Position numbers and translations under genes: made by a program
Notes under the pieces: model-generated
What the model was told of the DNA's origin: nothing
Seen by the model: the letters and a program-made list of their open reading frames with translations, nothing else
Databases searched by the model: none
Origin: Candidatus Bipolaricaulota bacterium
GTDB taxonomy: Bacteria > Bipolaricaulota > Bipolaricaulia > UBA7950 > UBA9294
Direction: 5' to 3'
NCBI GenBank assembly: GCA_040752575.1
Contig: JBFMGK010000068.1
Coordinates: 1-26,454, forward strand
Length of the DNA stretch: 26,454 bases
In this document: piece by piece, positions 1 through 9,033 of the stretch
How positions within the stretch are numbered: the first letter of the stretch is position 1
Layout of the letters: every line of letters begins with the position of its first letter

Positions 1-91
1 CGGAGATGCCGAGCGAGCCCGTGACGCCGGCCGAGACGCCGGCGACGGAGATGCCGAGCGAGCCCGTGACGCCGGCCGAGACGCCGGCGAC
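1..91 (+). repeat. 45-nt exact tandem repeat (two copies visible) encoding EMPSEPVTPAETPAT
   Basis: Bases 1-45 equal bases 46-90. A degenerate third unit (EAPVEPTVPAETPATE) follows. Confidence 0.95.
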
Positions 92-1460
92 CGAGGCGCC
101 GGTCGAACCGACGGTTCCCGCGGAGACTCCGGCGACGGAGGCCGTGACGGCGGAGGTGCCCACGGCAACCGTGAGCACGCCGGCCTTGGACGACGTCGCG
201 GTGGTCAATGGAACGCCCATCACGCGAGCCGCGCTCGACGAGGCGACCGAGGCCATCATCTCGCAGTACCAGCGGTTCTACGCTCAATTCGGCATGAACT
301 ACCTCTCGATCCTCGAATCGCCGGACGGCTTCGCGCAGCGGCTCACGCTCGAGTCGCAGGGCCTTGAGACCCTGGTCTTCCGCGTGATCGCCGACGCGGA
401 AGTGGCCAAGCGTGGAATCCAGGTCAGCGATGCGGAACTGGACGAGGAGTTCACGAAGCAGTACGAAGCGTTCTTGGCATCGCAGGGACTCAATGAGGAC
501 GCCCTGATCGCGGCCCTGCTCGCGACCGGGCAGACGATCGAGTCGTTCAAGGAGAGCGGGCGCAAGAACATCTACGACCAGATGCTCTTGCTCAAGTTGG
601 AGCGCGAGATCGCAAGCCCGATTGAGATCTCGGACGAAGAGCTCGACGCCTATTGGACCGAGCACCGATCCGAGTACGAGACCCCCGAGCAAGTGCGTGC
701 CTCGCACATCCTCGTCGAGACGCAGGAGGAGGCGGAGGGTATCCTGGCGGACCTCGAAGCCGGGGCGGACTTCGCGACGTTGGCCCGGGAGAAGTCCATC
801 GACACGGGAAGCGGGGCGCAGGGCGGGGACCTTGGCTTCTTCGGCCGGGGGGCGATGGTGGCGGAGTTCGAAGATGCGGCGTTCGTGCTGGCGATCGGCG
901 AGACCAGTGGTGCGGTGCAGTCGCAGTACGGATTCCACATCATCCGCGTCACCGACCGGAAGGATGCCCTGACCCCCGAGCTGGCCGACGTCCGCGACGA
1001 GGTTGTTGAAGCTGCGGAGGACGAGGTCGCTCTGGAGCGGTTCAAAGTCTGGTATGAGGACGAGCAGGCGAAGGCGGAGATCGTCGTCAACGACCCGCTC
1101 ATCGAGGCGGCGCGCAAACAGGAACTCAACATCGACGAGGGACTCGCTGCCTTCGAGGCGCTCTGGGCGGCCGGTGGCGACGTCGATCCGCACGTTCCCT
1201 ACGTCATCGGGACCATCTACGAGACCAAGCTGCAGGACGTGATCAACCAGCGGGCTGAGTTGCTGAACACGGCGGGCGAAGATCCCGACCGCGACGCACG
1301 TCTTGCCGAACTCAACGCGGCGATCGAGGATCTCCGGGAGAAGGCTCTGTCCGCATACGATGAGGCGATGACGACCCTCGGCGGCCACACGGCGGTCACT
1401 ACGCGGATCCAGGCCGTGCAGTCTGCGAGCGAGGCCGTGGCGCCGTTCATCCCGCAGTAG
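3..1460 (+). CDS. PrsA/SurA-like parvulin peptidyl-prolyl isomerase, 5'-truncated (Pro/Thr/Glu-rich repeat linker, SurA_N-like helical region, rotamase domain, C-terminal helical extension)
   Basis: Parvulin motifs VRASHILV, FATLAREKSID, GGDLGFF, MVAEFEDAAF, SQYGFHII. The frame is open to the window edge, and the ATG at 6 lies inside a repeat unit, so it is unlikely to be the real start. Confidence 0.9.
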   Translation, partial: EMPSEPVTPAETPATEMPSEPVTPAETPATEAPVEPTVPAETPATEAVTAEVPTATVSTPALDDVAVVNGTPITRAALDEATEAIISQYQRFYAQFGMNYLSILESPDGFAQRLTLESQGLETLVFRVIADAEVAKRGIQVSDAELDEEFTKQYEAFLASQGLNEDALIAALLATGQTIESFKESGRKNIYDQMLLLKLEREIASPIEISDEELDAYWTEHRSEYETPEQVRASHILVETQEEAEGILADLEAGADFATLAREKSIDTGSGAQGGDLGFFGRGAMVAEFEDAAFVLAIGETSGAVQSQYGFHIIRVTDRKDALTPELADVRDEVVEAAEDEVALERFKVWYEDEQAKAEIVVNDPLIEAARKQELNIDEGLAAFEALWAAGGDVDPHVPYVIGTIYETKLQDVINQRAELLNTAGEDPDRDARLAELNAAIEDLREKALSAYDEAMTTLGGHTAVTTRIQAVQSASEAVAPFIPQ

Positions 1461-1505
1461 CCGGCGGCAGGACGCGCCGCGCGATCGCGGTAGTCTGGTC
1501 TAGGG

Positions 1506-1538
1506 AGGGAGCGACCTCGGGTCGCTCCCTGTCTTTGT
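1506..1538 (+). terminator. Probable intrinsic terminator after the PPIase gene
   Basis: 11-bp stem AGGGAGCGACC/GGTCGCTCCCT followed by GTCTTTGT. Confidence 0.65.
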
Positions 1539-1708
1539 CCCCGCGGGTCGCCGGGCTGTTCGGAGAAGGCTCGTCGACATCCTTCACGAGCTCTTCACAA
1601 CCCCTCCACCAGCCGTTGACAGGGTGATCCTAGCCTGAGAGCGTACGAGAGGGGACCCGAGAGGGAGGAGAGGCTCCGCAAGGAGCCTCGCCATTTTCCA
1701 GCCGCCAT

Positions 1709-2497
1709 ATGACCAGGATTCGACGCATTGCACGCCGGTCCTCCGCCTTCTGGATGCCGATCGCGTTGGGTATGCTCGTCTCGGGATGCGTGGCGCGCAA
1801 CACCGCTCCGCTGGCCGAGTTCCTCCGAACTCCGCGTTCCGGCGACGCGCCCCTGTCCGTGCTGTTCGACGCCTCGGCGTCCATGGACCCCGACGGGCAG
1901 GTTGTCTCGTACTCGTGGACGTTCGGCGACGGAGCGTCCGGAGAAGGCGAGACAACAACGCACACCTTCGATCGTGCCGGAGCCTTCAGCGTGACGCTTC
2001 TGGTGAAGGACGATCTGGGCGCAAGTGGATCGGCGGTTCGGGCCGTCGACGTCCGCGAAGCCGGCCATCCTCCTGTGGAGGGAACCGAGGTCGGCCAGAA
2101 GGTCCCCGACATCGTCCTGCCGGACGTGACGACCGGCGATCTGCGGCCTCTCTCCGAGTTTCGTGGCTACGTTGTGCTCTTGGAGTTCTGGCGCAGCACG
2201 TGTTCACCCTGTCGAACGTCGCTTTCGCACATGGAAACGCTCCGCGCCCGCTATGCGGCCGAGGGACTCCTCGTGGTCACGGTGAGCAGCGACGTGACGC
2301 CGGAAGCGGCGAGGCAGTTCCTGGTGCAAGAGGGATACGGCGAGTTTGTCGGTTTGCACGACACAGACGGCGCCGCGCGGTCTCTCTACCATGTCGACGA
2401 AGTCCCGCATACGTTCCTGATCGATCGCCAAGGCATTGTCCGGCACGCGGATCATCCGATTCGCTTTCGAGACCGACACATCACACCGTGGCTCTAG
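1709..2497 (+). CDS. Lipoprotein with a PKD domain and a TlpA/redoxin thioredoxin-like domain
   Basis: Basic N-terminus, hydrophobic stretch and lipobox LVSGC. PKD motifs FDASASMDPDG and YSWTFGDG. TlpA motifs LLEFWRSTCSPC (CxxC) and VPHTFLIDRQG. Confidence 0.85.
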   Translation: MTRIRRIARRSSAFWMPIALGMLVSGCVARNTAPLAEFLRTPRSGDAPLSVLFDASASMDPDGQVVSYSWTFGDGASGEGETTTHTFDRAGAFSVTLLVKDDLGASGSAVRAVDVREAGHPPVEGTEVGQKVPDIVLPDVTTGDLRPLSEFRGYVVLLEFWRSTCSPCRTSLSHMETLRARYAAEGLLVVTVSSDVTPEAARQFLVQEGYGEFVGLHDTDGAARSLYHVDEVPHTFLIDRQGIVRHADHPIRFRDRHITPWL

Positions 2498-3018
2498 AAC
2501 TGCGCGGCGCGTGCGAGAAGCTCGCTCTGCCATAGCGACTCCGGCCAGTGGCGCCCGCGCGCTTTGTGTACGGTTTCGAGGACCTGGAGGGCGGCAGCGG
2601 GCGACCATCCTAGGGAGACAAGAGAGCACCCCAACACGGTGCCGGTTCTTCCCGTTCCCCCGGCGCAATGGACGACGACACCCTCGCCGCGGCGGAGTGC
2701 GGTCACGGTTGCCTCGACCGCCGCACGGATCTTCATCTCTTCGCCTTCAGGGTCCTCCGGGCCGCTCCGATCCAGCAGGTCTTCGAGATCCGAGGCATGG
2801 AGCAGCTCGAGCGGAGAAGGATCATAGGGGGCGCTGCGATGGGTGAGACAAACCACGTGGCGGATGCCGATCCCGCCGAGCGCTCTCCAGGGAAAGCCGG
2901 GGTGGGGAAACTTCATTCCGAGTAGGGGAGCGGGCTGCTGCACGAGAACGTAGAGATCATCGGGAACCTTCACCCCGACGATCGTTGACACGTCCAAGGT
3001 GTGCCCCTCGTTCTGCAT
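2494..3018 (-). CDS. Cys-based protein-tyrosine/dual-specificity phosphatase family protein
   Basis: VVVHCAGGTGRTG (HCX5R P-loop) and a downstream PES..Q motif. GGAGGT lies upstream of the ATG on the minus strand. Confidence 0.85.
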   Translation of the reverse strand: MQNEGHTLDVSTIVGVKVPDDLYVLVQQPAPLLGMKFPHPGFPWRALGGIGIRHVVCLTHRSAPYDPSPLELLHASDLEDLLDRSGPEDPEGEEMKIRAAVEATVTALRRGEGVVVHCAGGTGRTGTVLGCSLVSLGWSPAAALQVLETVHKARGRHWPESLWQSELLARAAQF

Positions 3019-3042
3019 CGAACCTCCGGCGTCTGGGACTCA

Positions 3043-3072
3043 TTGCCCGGAACTCACGAGGGGGAGTATAGT
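3043..3072 (+). promoter_or_regulatory. Putative sigma70 promoter for a leaderless btpA-like transcript, overlapping a divergent -10
   Basis: TTGCCC(3043-3048), 18 bp, TATAGT(3067-3072), ending 7 nt before ATG 3080. TATACT is on the minus strand at 3065-3070. Confidence 0.55.
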
Positions 3073-3079
3073 CGTTCGC

Positions 3080-3865
3080 ATGGATGCCTTTCAGGTCGCG
3101 AAACCGCTCATCGGGATGATCCACCTGTTGCCGGTCGCAGGCAGCGTCGGGTATGCAAAGCGAGGCACCAAGCCCATCCTCGACGCCGCGCTTCGCGATC
3201 TCTACGCGCTGGAAAGCGGCGGCGTCGATGCCGTTCTCGTGGAGAATCTGGGGGATGCGCCGTACGCAAGGAATGCGCCACGCGAGACCATCGCGATGAT
3301 GTCGGTCATCCTCCAGCGACTGGTCGAGAAGGCCCATCAGCCGGTCGGCGTGAACGTCCTGCGTAACGACGGTCTGGCGGCGCTTGCGATCGCTGCGGCG
3401 GTGGGCGCCACGTTCATCCGGGTCAACGTGTTCGTCGGCGTCGCGTTCACCGATCAGGGGATGATCGAGGGGCAGGCGCGTGACCTGCAGTGGCTCAAGC
3501 GCGATCTGGGTACCGATACGGCGATTCTCGCCGACGTTCACGTCAAGCACGCCGCGCATCTCACGCGGCTCGAGCAGGCCGCCGTCGACGCCGAACGCAA
3601 TAGACCGGATGCGCTCGTGATCACCGGGATCGGCACGGGACGCCGAACCCGCTCGGAAGACGTCACCGCGGTCAAGCAGAACGTCGATCTGCCGGTTCTT
3701 GTCGGGAGCGGCGTACGGATCGACAACGTGTCGACGTACCGCGACGCCGATGGGTTCATCGTGGGCTCGTCCCTCAAAGTCGACGGCAGGATCGAAGGCC
3801 CCGTCGATGTCGAGCGGGTGAAGGAACTCGCCGAAGCGGTCGCCGCGATGCGCGAAGCGGCATGA
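3080..3865 (+). CDS. btpA: BtpA/SgcQ family protein
   Basis: KPLIGMIHL, VENLGDAPY, GVNVLRND, FIRVN, ADVHVKHA, VGSGV, FIVGSSLK. Start moved to ATG 3080. Confidence 0.9.
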   Translation: MDAFQVAKPLIGMIHLLPVAGSVGYAKRGTKPILDAALRDLYALESGGVDAVLVENLGDAPYARNAPRETIAMMSVILQRLVEKAHQPVGVNVLRNDGLAALAIAAAVGATFIRVNVFVGVAFTDQGMIEGQARDLQWLKRDLGTDTAILADVHVKHAAHLTRLEQAAVDAERNRPDALVITGIGTGRRTRSEDVTAVKQNVDLPVLVGSGVRIDNVSTYRDADGFIVGSSLKVDGRIEGPVDVERVKELAEAVAAMREAA

Positions 3866-4728
3866 CGCGGATCCTCGTCCTGGGAGATCTGAACCTCGAC
3901 GTGCACGTCGACGACCGCACGATCGCGGCGGGACACGAAGTGCGCGCTGCCGTCAGGGTGGCTCCCGGAGGGTCGGCGGCTACGTTTGCGCGCATCGCGG
4001 CCCAACTGGGTGCCAAGGTCACGTTCTTCGGCGCGGTCGGCGACGATCTTCTGGGGGAACTGCTCGAACGGTCTCTGGACAAGGCCGGGGTGGTCCCCCG
4101 GCTCGCGCGATCGCAGCTTCCCTCGGGCGCCGTCGTGGCGCTGCGCCGCGGCGCCGAGCGGTCGATGATCTGCGCGCGGGGGGCGAACGACGCGCTCTCG
4201 ACGGCCGACCTCGACGCTGCGGACTTCTCCGGTGCGCAGTTGCTCCACGTCTCGGGCTACGCGTTTCTCTCGCCCTCCCCGTCCGCCGCCGCGCAGAGGG
4301 CGATCGCCCTCGCTCGCGCCGCCGGAGCCCGGGTGTCGGTCGATCCGCCGCCCGCCAATCTCATAGAGGCTTTCGGTCTGGACGCCATGAGACGGTTGCT
4401 CGCGTCGGCGGATTGGCTGTTCCCCAACGAGAGCGAGGGGCGCGCCATCACGGGCGAAGGGCGTGCGGCGCAGATGGCTGACGCTCTCGCGGTGCGACAC
4501 GCTCATGGCGCGGTCAAGCTCGGTCCACGCGGCGCCTTGGCGTGGCGCGGCGAGGAACGCTACCGGTCGAGCCCGATGGACCCTCTGGATGTGGATCCTA
4601 CGGGTGCTGGGGATGCGTTCGCCGCCGGGTTCGCGGTTGCGACCCTCGCCGGAGCGACGCTCGCCGAGGCGACGGAACGGGCGACGTCGTCGGCGCGCGA
4701 CCATCTCGCCGCGCGCCTCTCTACTTGA
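3862..4728 (+). CDS. PfkB-family carbohydrate/nucleoside kinase
   Basis: PGGSAA, GAVGDDLLG, FPNESE and the signature DPTGAGDAFAAGF. ATGA overlap with btpA. Confidence 0.92.
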   Translation: MTRILVLGDLNLDVHVDDRTIAAGHEVRAAVRVAPGGSAATFARIAAQLGAKVTFFGAVGDDLLGELLERSLDKAGVVPRLARSQLPSGAVVALRRGAERSMICARGANDALSTADLDAADFSGAQLLHVSGYAFLSPSPSAAAQRAIALARAAGARVSVDPPPANLIEAFGLDAMRRLLASADWLFPNESEGRAITGEGRAAQMADALAVRHAHGAVKLGPRGALAWRGEERYRSSPMDPLDVDPTGAGDAFAAGFAVATLAGATLAEATERATSSARDHLAARLST

Positions 4729-4789
4729 TTCCGTCGCCGCGTCGGTCTACCGTCTCGGTGCTTACGGGACTTCCGGAGGTGACGATGGC

Positions 4790-5755
4790 ATGAAGGACGG
4801 AATGGCGTTGTTGTTGGCCGTAGTGCTCGGCGTCGTTCTCGTGGCGGCGTTTGTGGTCCTGCTCATCCCCGAGCCGTCCGAACGCGCGGTCGTCGCCACC
4901 GAACGGCTCGACGTGGCCGTGCTTGCGTTCCGGAACAGCTCGAGTTGGCGAGGCGCGGAGGAGACGCTGCGCGGCCGCGTGGAGTACGGGCTCGTGAATG
5001 AAGAAGGCATCAGCGTGTTCTCGCGCGCACAACTGGATGCGCTTCTGATGGAACGGGCCCTCGGGGCTGCCGGTGTGATCGATCCAGCGACGGCGATCGA
5101 GATCGGAACGCTCACGGGAGTCAGCAAGATCGTGACAGGGACTGTCTACGCCGTCGACACGCAGTCGGAAGACACGACGATGTGTCTGGCGTGGGAGAAC
5201 GGCGCGTGCGTCGAAGAGGTTCCCGCGCAGAAATACACCGCGCGCATGCTCGCGCAGGTCGAGGTTATCGACGCGCGGAGCGGGAAGATCGAGAACGCCG
5301 TCGACACTGGTGGCTCAGGGTCGACCACCGTGCGCCAAGGGACGACCTTCGGAGGGTTCGACTCCCTGCTTGCCGAGGCGGCGACCGAGATCGCGGGGCA
5401 GGTTGCCGATCGCATGACGGCATCGTACACGCGCGAGCTGCGCTACGGCCTCTATGAAGGGGCTCGCAGCAAACGAGAGGGCTACATCGGCGAGGGAGAG
5501 ACGCGCCGGTTCACGACGAGCGACGAAGTCCATCTCATCGTCCACTTCACGCGGACTCGCGACGGGGATCTGTTCGACCTCTCGTGGGTTGCCCCGGCGG
5601 GCACGGCCGTGGCGACCGTGGCCGACGTGGTTGACAGTGGCGACTGGCGGCTCTACACGCTGCCTCTTGCCGGTCTGGCCCCGGGCCGCTACACCGTGGA
5701 AGCGAAGATCTCCGGGTCGTCTGCGTTCGAGACGCCGTTCACGATCTCGCCTTGA
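4790..5755 (+). CDS. Membrane-anchored CsgG/HfaB-like (TolB_N-like fold) protein with a C-terminal Ig-like domain
   Basis: N-terminal TM helix, then VAVLAF...[16 protein letters not shown]...[23 protein letters not shown]...[11 protein letters not shown]. The C-terminus is beta-rich (LAPGRYTVE). GGAGG at 4775-4779. Confidence 0.7.
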   Translation: MKDGMALLLAVVLGVVLVAAFVVLLIPEPSERAVVATERLDVAVLAFRNSSSWRGAEETLRGRVEYGLVNEEGISVFSRAQLDALLMERALGAAGVIDPATAIEIGTLTGVSKIVTGTVYAVDTQSEDTTMCLAWENGACVEEVPAQKYTARMLAQVEVIDARSGKIENAVDTGGSGSTTVRQGTTFGGFDSLLAEAATEIAGQVADRMTASYTRELRYGLYEGARSKREGYIGEGETRRFTTSDEVHLIVHFTRTRDGDLFDLSWVAPAGTAVATVADVVDSGDWRLYTLPLAGLAPGRYTVEAKISGSSAFETPFTISP

Positions 5756-5774
5756 CGGCCGGCGGGAGCCCCGA

Positions 5775-6194
5775 GTGCGAAACCATCGCGAGGAGTTGTG
5801 GTTCGAGACACGCGAGCGGCGGGCGTTCGTGTGCATCACGGAACGCGTCGCCGAAGCGGTGGGGCGCAGCGGCGTTCGCGAAGGGCTCTGCCTCGTGAAC
5901 TCCATGCACATCACGTCGAGCGTCTTCGTGAACGACGACGAGGCCGGCCTGCACCGCGACTTCGAACGTTGGCTCGAGGCGCTCGCCCCGCACGCGCCCA
6001 CACAGGCGTACGAGCACAACCGCACCGGAGAAGACAACGCCGACGCCCATTTGAAGCGGCAGATCATGGGTCGTGAAGTCGTTCTGGCCATCACCGACGG
6101 GCGACTCGATCTGGGTCCCTGGGAGCAGGTCTTCTACGGCGAGTTCGACGGCCGACGCAAGAAGCGCGTGCTCGTCAAGATCCTCGGCGAGTAG
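5775..6194 (+). CDS. yjbQ: YjbQ/UPF0047 family protein
   Basis: [46 protein letters not shown] start with GGGAG upstream. Confidence 0.92.
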   Translation: MRNHREELWFETRERRAFVCITERVAEAVGRSGVREGLCLVNSMHITSSVFVNDDEAGLHRDFERWLEALAPHAPTQAYEHNRTGEDNADAHLKRQIMGREVVLAITDGRLDLGPWEQVFYGEFDGRRKKRVLVKILGE

Positions 6195-6227
6195 ATTCCG
6201 CAGAGCGACCTGCCCTCTCGCGCGGCA

Positions 6228-6255
6228 TTGACGGGGCAGCAGCTCTCGCTATACT
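6228..6255 (+). promoter_or_regulatory. sigma70 promoter of the TetR operon
   Basis: TTGACG(6228-6233), 16 bp, TATACT(6250-6255). Confidence 0.75.
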
Positions 6256-6257
6256 GC

Positions 6258-6279
6258 TAAGTAACCATTCGGTTACTTA
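6258..6279. promoter_or_regulatory. Palindromic operator, candidate site for the adjacent TetR
   Basis: TAAGTAACC-ATTC-GGTTACTTA has perfect 9-bp arms, is AT-rich in GC-rich DNA, and lies between the -10 box and the TetR ATG. Confidence 0.8.
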
Positions 6280-6944
6280 TGAGGACCATCGAAGAGGGTA
6301 CGGGGGCGCGGACACGGCGCAACAAGGACGAGACGCGGCGGCGGATCTTCGAGGCCGCGGCGGCCTCATTCGCCGACCATGGGTTCAGCGGTGCGACGCT
6401 CGACGGGATCGCCGAAGCCGCCGGGTGCAGCAAGGCGCTGGTCATCCGCTACTACGGAACGAAGCAAGATCTCTACCGCACGGTTCTCAATTCGCGCTAC
6501 GCCGAGTTGTCGCAGCGGGAGGCGATTCACGAGTTGTCCGAGGCGGAGAACCTCGTCGATCTCCTTCGTGGCATCTTGTCGGACCTGTTCTCGTTCAACC
6601 GCGAGCATCCATCCTTCGCTCGTCTGGTCGCGTGGGAGAACCTCCACGGCGCCGAGCACTTGGACCCCCAGGCGGCAAGGGCGGCGCGAGGCCCCGGTTG
6701 GAGCCGGCTGCGCGGAATCCTCGAAGCCGCGCAAGCCAAGGGTTTGGTGCGCGCCGAGGTCGACGTGGCGCGGCTCGTCTACGTTCTGCAGGCGTTGACG
6801 GTCGTCTACTTCTCGAATCGACACACGATGAAGATCCTGACGGGTTTCGCGTTTGAGTCTCCCAAGACGATGAACGAGTTCGTCGACTTCTATGCCGAGG
6901 TTCTCGCGCGGGGAGTCGCCGCCGAGGAAGGGCGGAGGACATGA
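6279..6944 (+). CDS. TetR/AcrR family transcriptional regulator
   Basis: N-terminal HTH: RRRIFEAAAASFADHGFSGATLDGIAEAAGCSKALVIRYYGTKQDLY. Confidence 0.93.
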   Translation: MRTIEEGTGARTRRNKDETRRRIFEAAAASFADHGFSGATLDGIAEAAGCSKALVIRYYGTKQDLYRTVLNSRYAELSQREAIHELSEAENLVDLLRGILSDLFSFNREHPSFARLVAWENLHGAEHLDPQAARAARGPGWSRLRGILEAAQAKGLVRAEVDVARLVYVLQALTVVYFSNRHTMKILTGFAFESPKTMNEFVDFYAEVLARGVAAEEGRRT

Positions 6945-7981
6945 ACCAGGGTTGGCCGCAGGCGTTTGGATCCGAGCGCGAACTTGACGACTTCCTTACG
7001 CGTCCGAGGCCTGCCCTCGTTGAGAGCGCAGCAGAGTTCGCGGGCGGCCTGTTGGTCCTTGGCGTGGGAGGCAAGATGGGACACACACTCGCGCGGATGG
7101 CGCGGCGAGCGCTTGACGAGGCGGGCCTTCGGGCTCGCGTCGTCGGGGTGTCCCGCTTCTCGGATTCCTCGGTGTCCGCGGCGCTGCAGGCGGACGGGAT
7201 CGAGACGATCTCCTGCGACCTGATGGACCCGCGTGCGGTGGCACGGCTGCCCGAGCTGAGCAACGTCGTGTTCATGGCCGGGCGGAAGTTCGGCTCCTCG
7301 GGCGGCGAGGCGCGGACGTGGGCGGTCAATGCCTACGTTCCGGGAATTGTCGCGTCGCGTTTCCCGTCTTGCCGCTTGCTCGCGTTCTCGACGGGCAACG
7401 TCTATCCGTTCGTCGAGCCGGGATCGGGAGGAGCGGGCGAAGCCACACCGCCCGGTCCCATCGGGGAGTACGCGCAGTCCTGCCTCGGCCGGGAGCGCGT
7501 GTTCGAGCACTTCTGCGCGGAACAGGGGACGAAGACGATCCTGATCCGGCTGAACTACGCGGTCGAACTGCGCTACGGCGTTCTGGTCGACCTTGCACAG
7601 TCGGTCTGGCGGGGCGAACCGATTGACCTCGCAATGTCCCACGTCAACGTTATCTGGCAGGGCGATGCGGTGGACATGATCCTCCGCGCGTTGCCGCACG
7701 CCGACTCGCCCATCGCGTACCTCAACGTCACGGGGCCGGAGACGGTATCCATTCGCGACGCGGCGGAGGGCCTTGGACGTCGACTCGGCCGCGCCCCGCT
7801 CTTCTCGGGACGCGAGCGCGGCACGGCCCTGTTGGCGAACGTCGACAAGGCGTGTCATCTCCTCGGGCGGCCGGAAGTGGACGTCGAGCGCATGCTCGAC
7901 TGGATCGCGGCGTGGACGCGGTCGGGCGGGCGAACGCTCGGCAAGCCGACGCACTTCTCGGAGCGGGAGGGAAGATTCTGA
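6941..7981 (+). CDS. NAD-dependent epimerase/dehydratase-like (atypical extended SDR)
   Basis: Rossmann motif LVLGVGGKMG, FSTGNVY, LIRLNYA. YAQSC sits where YxxxK is usual. ATGA overlap with tetR. Confidence 0.85.
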   Translation: MNQGWPQAFGSERELDDFLTRPRPALVESAAEFAGGLLVLGVGGKMGHTLARMARRALDEAGLRARVVGVSRFSDSSVSAALQADGIETISCDLMDPRAVARLPELSNVVFMAGRKFGSSGGEARTWAVNAYVPGIVASRFPSCRLLAFSTGNVYPFVEPGSGGAGEATPPGPIGEYAQSCLGRERVFEHFCAEQGTKTILIRLNYAVELRYGVLVDLAQSVWRGEPIDLAMSHVNVIWQGDAVDMILRALPHADSPIAYLNVTGPETVSIRDAAEGLGRRLGRAPLFSGRERGTALLANVDKACHLLGRPEVDVERMLDWIAAWTRSGGRTLGKPTHFSEREGRF

Positions 7982-9033
7982 TGCCGATGCGCCCTGAAGC
8001 GGCCCGCGTGTTGCGCGAGGGAGTTGCCATTCCCGCCCACGCGCTTGCGCTGACGCCCGATCGCAAGCTCGATGAGCGACGGCAACGCGCTCTGACCCGG
8101 TACTACCTGGACGCCGGGGCGGGAGGATTGGCCGTCGCCGTCCACACAACTCAGTTCGAGATCCGCGAGCCGCAGCACGCGCTGCTTCGTCCCGTGCTCG
8201 AGCTGGCGGCCGAGGAGGCGCGAGGCCGCAAGCCCCAGGCGGTGAGAATCGCCGGAGTCTGCGGTTCGACGAGACAAGCCGTTCAAGAGGCCGGTCTCGC
8301 GGCGGAGCTTGGGTTCGACGCCGCGCTCGTGAGTCTGGCCGCTCTGCCCAAGGCGAGCGACGCCGAACTGGTGGACCACTGCCGGGCCGTCGGGGAGGTC
8401 TTGCCGATGGTCGGGTTCTACCTCCAGCCGGCCGTCGGCGGCCGCGTGCTCGGCTATCGCTTCTGGCGTGCGCTGTGCGAGCTGGAGTGTGTGGTCGCGA
8501 TCAAGGTTGCGCCCTTTGATCGCTATCGGACCCTCGACGTCGTTCGGGCCGTCGCCGAGTCCGGCCGCGCCGGCGAAGTCGCCCTGTACACCGGAAACGA
8601 TGACCACATCGTGCTCGACCTCGTCACGCGCCACGAGTTCGCCGTCTCGGGGTGGATGGTCACCGTGCGCATGGTCGGCGGCCTCTTGGGGCACTGGGCC
8701 TTCTGGACGCGGCCCGCTGTCGGGCTTCAGGCGGAGATCCGCAGGCTCCACGAAACGGGCGAACCGTTTCCCACGGATCTATTGGCCCTGGGGGCGCAGA
8801 TCACCGACGTCAATCAGGCGGTCTTCGACGTTCGGCACGCCTTCTTGGGTTGTCTGCCGGGCATCCATGAGATGCTGCGACGGTCGGGCCTTCTCACCTC
8901 GCGGACATGCCTCGCTCCCGAACTGGACCTCTCGCCGGGACAAGCCGAGGAGATCGATCGCGTCGTCGCGCAGTACCCGCATCTCTCGGACGACGCCTTT
9001 GTGAAGGAGCACCTTGATGAATGGCTCCGTTGA
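7981..9033 (+). CDS. DapA/NAL (dihydrodipicolinate synthase-like) family aldolase/dehydratase
   Basis: AVAVHTTQF, GFYLQ, AIKVAPF (candidate Schiff-base Lys), LYTGNDD. TGATG coupling at 7979-7983 fixes the start. Confidence 0.85.
   Translation: MPMRPEAARVLREGVAIPAHALALTPDRKLDERRQRALTRYYLDAGAGGLAVAVHTTQFEIREPQHALLRPVLELAAEEARGRKPQAVRIAGVCGSTRQAVQEAGLAAELGFDAALVSLAALPKASDAELVDHCRAVGEVLPMVGFYLQPAVGGRVLGYRFWRALCELECVVAIKVAPFDRYRTLDVVRAVAESGRAGEVALYTGNDDHIVLDLVTRHEFAVSGWMVTVRMVGGLLGHWAFWTRPAVGLQAEIRRLHETGEPFPTDLLALGAQITDVNQAVFDVRHAFLGCLPGIHEMLRRSGLLTSRTCLAPELDLSPGQAEEIDRVVAQYPHLSDDAFVKEHLDEWLR

Noticed and set aside
1630..1700. Glycine or TPP riboswitch (CTCTCAGG on the minus strand; CTGAGA and GGAGA on the plus strand)
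   Set aside because: The other required elements (CCGAAG for glycine; the CCTGA and AGGGA core for TPP) are not present in the right order.
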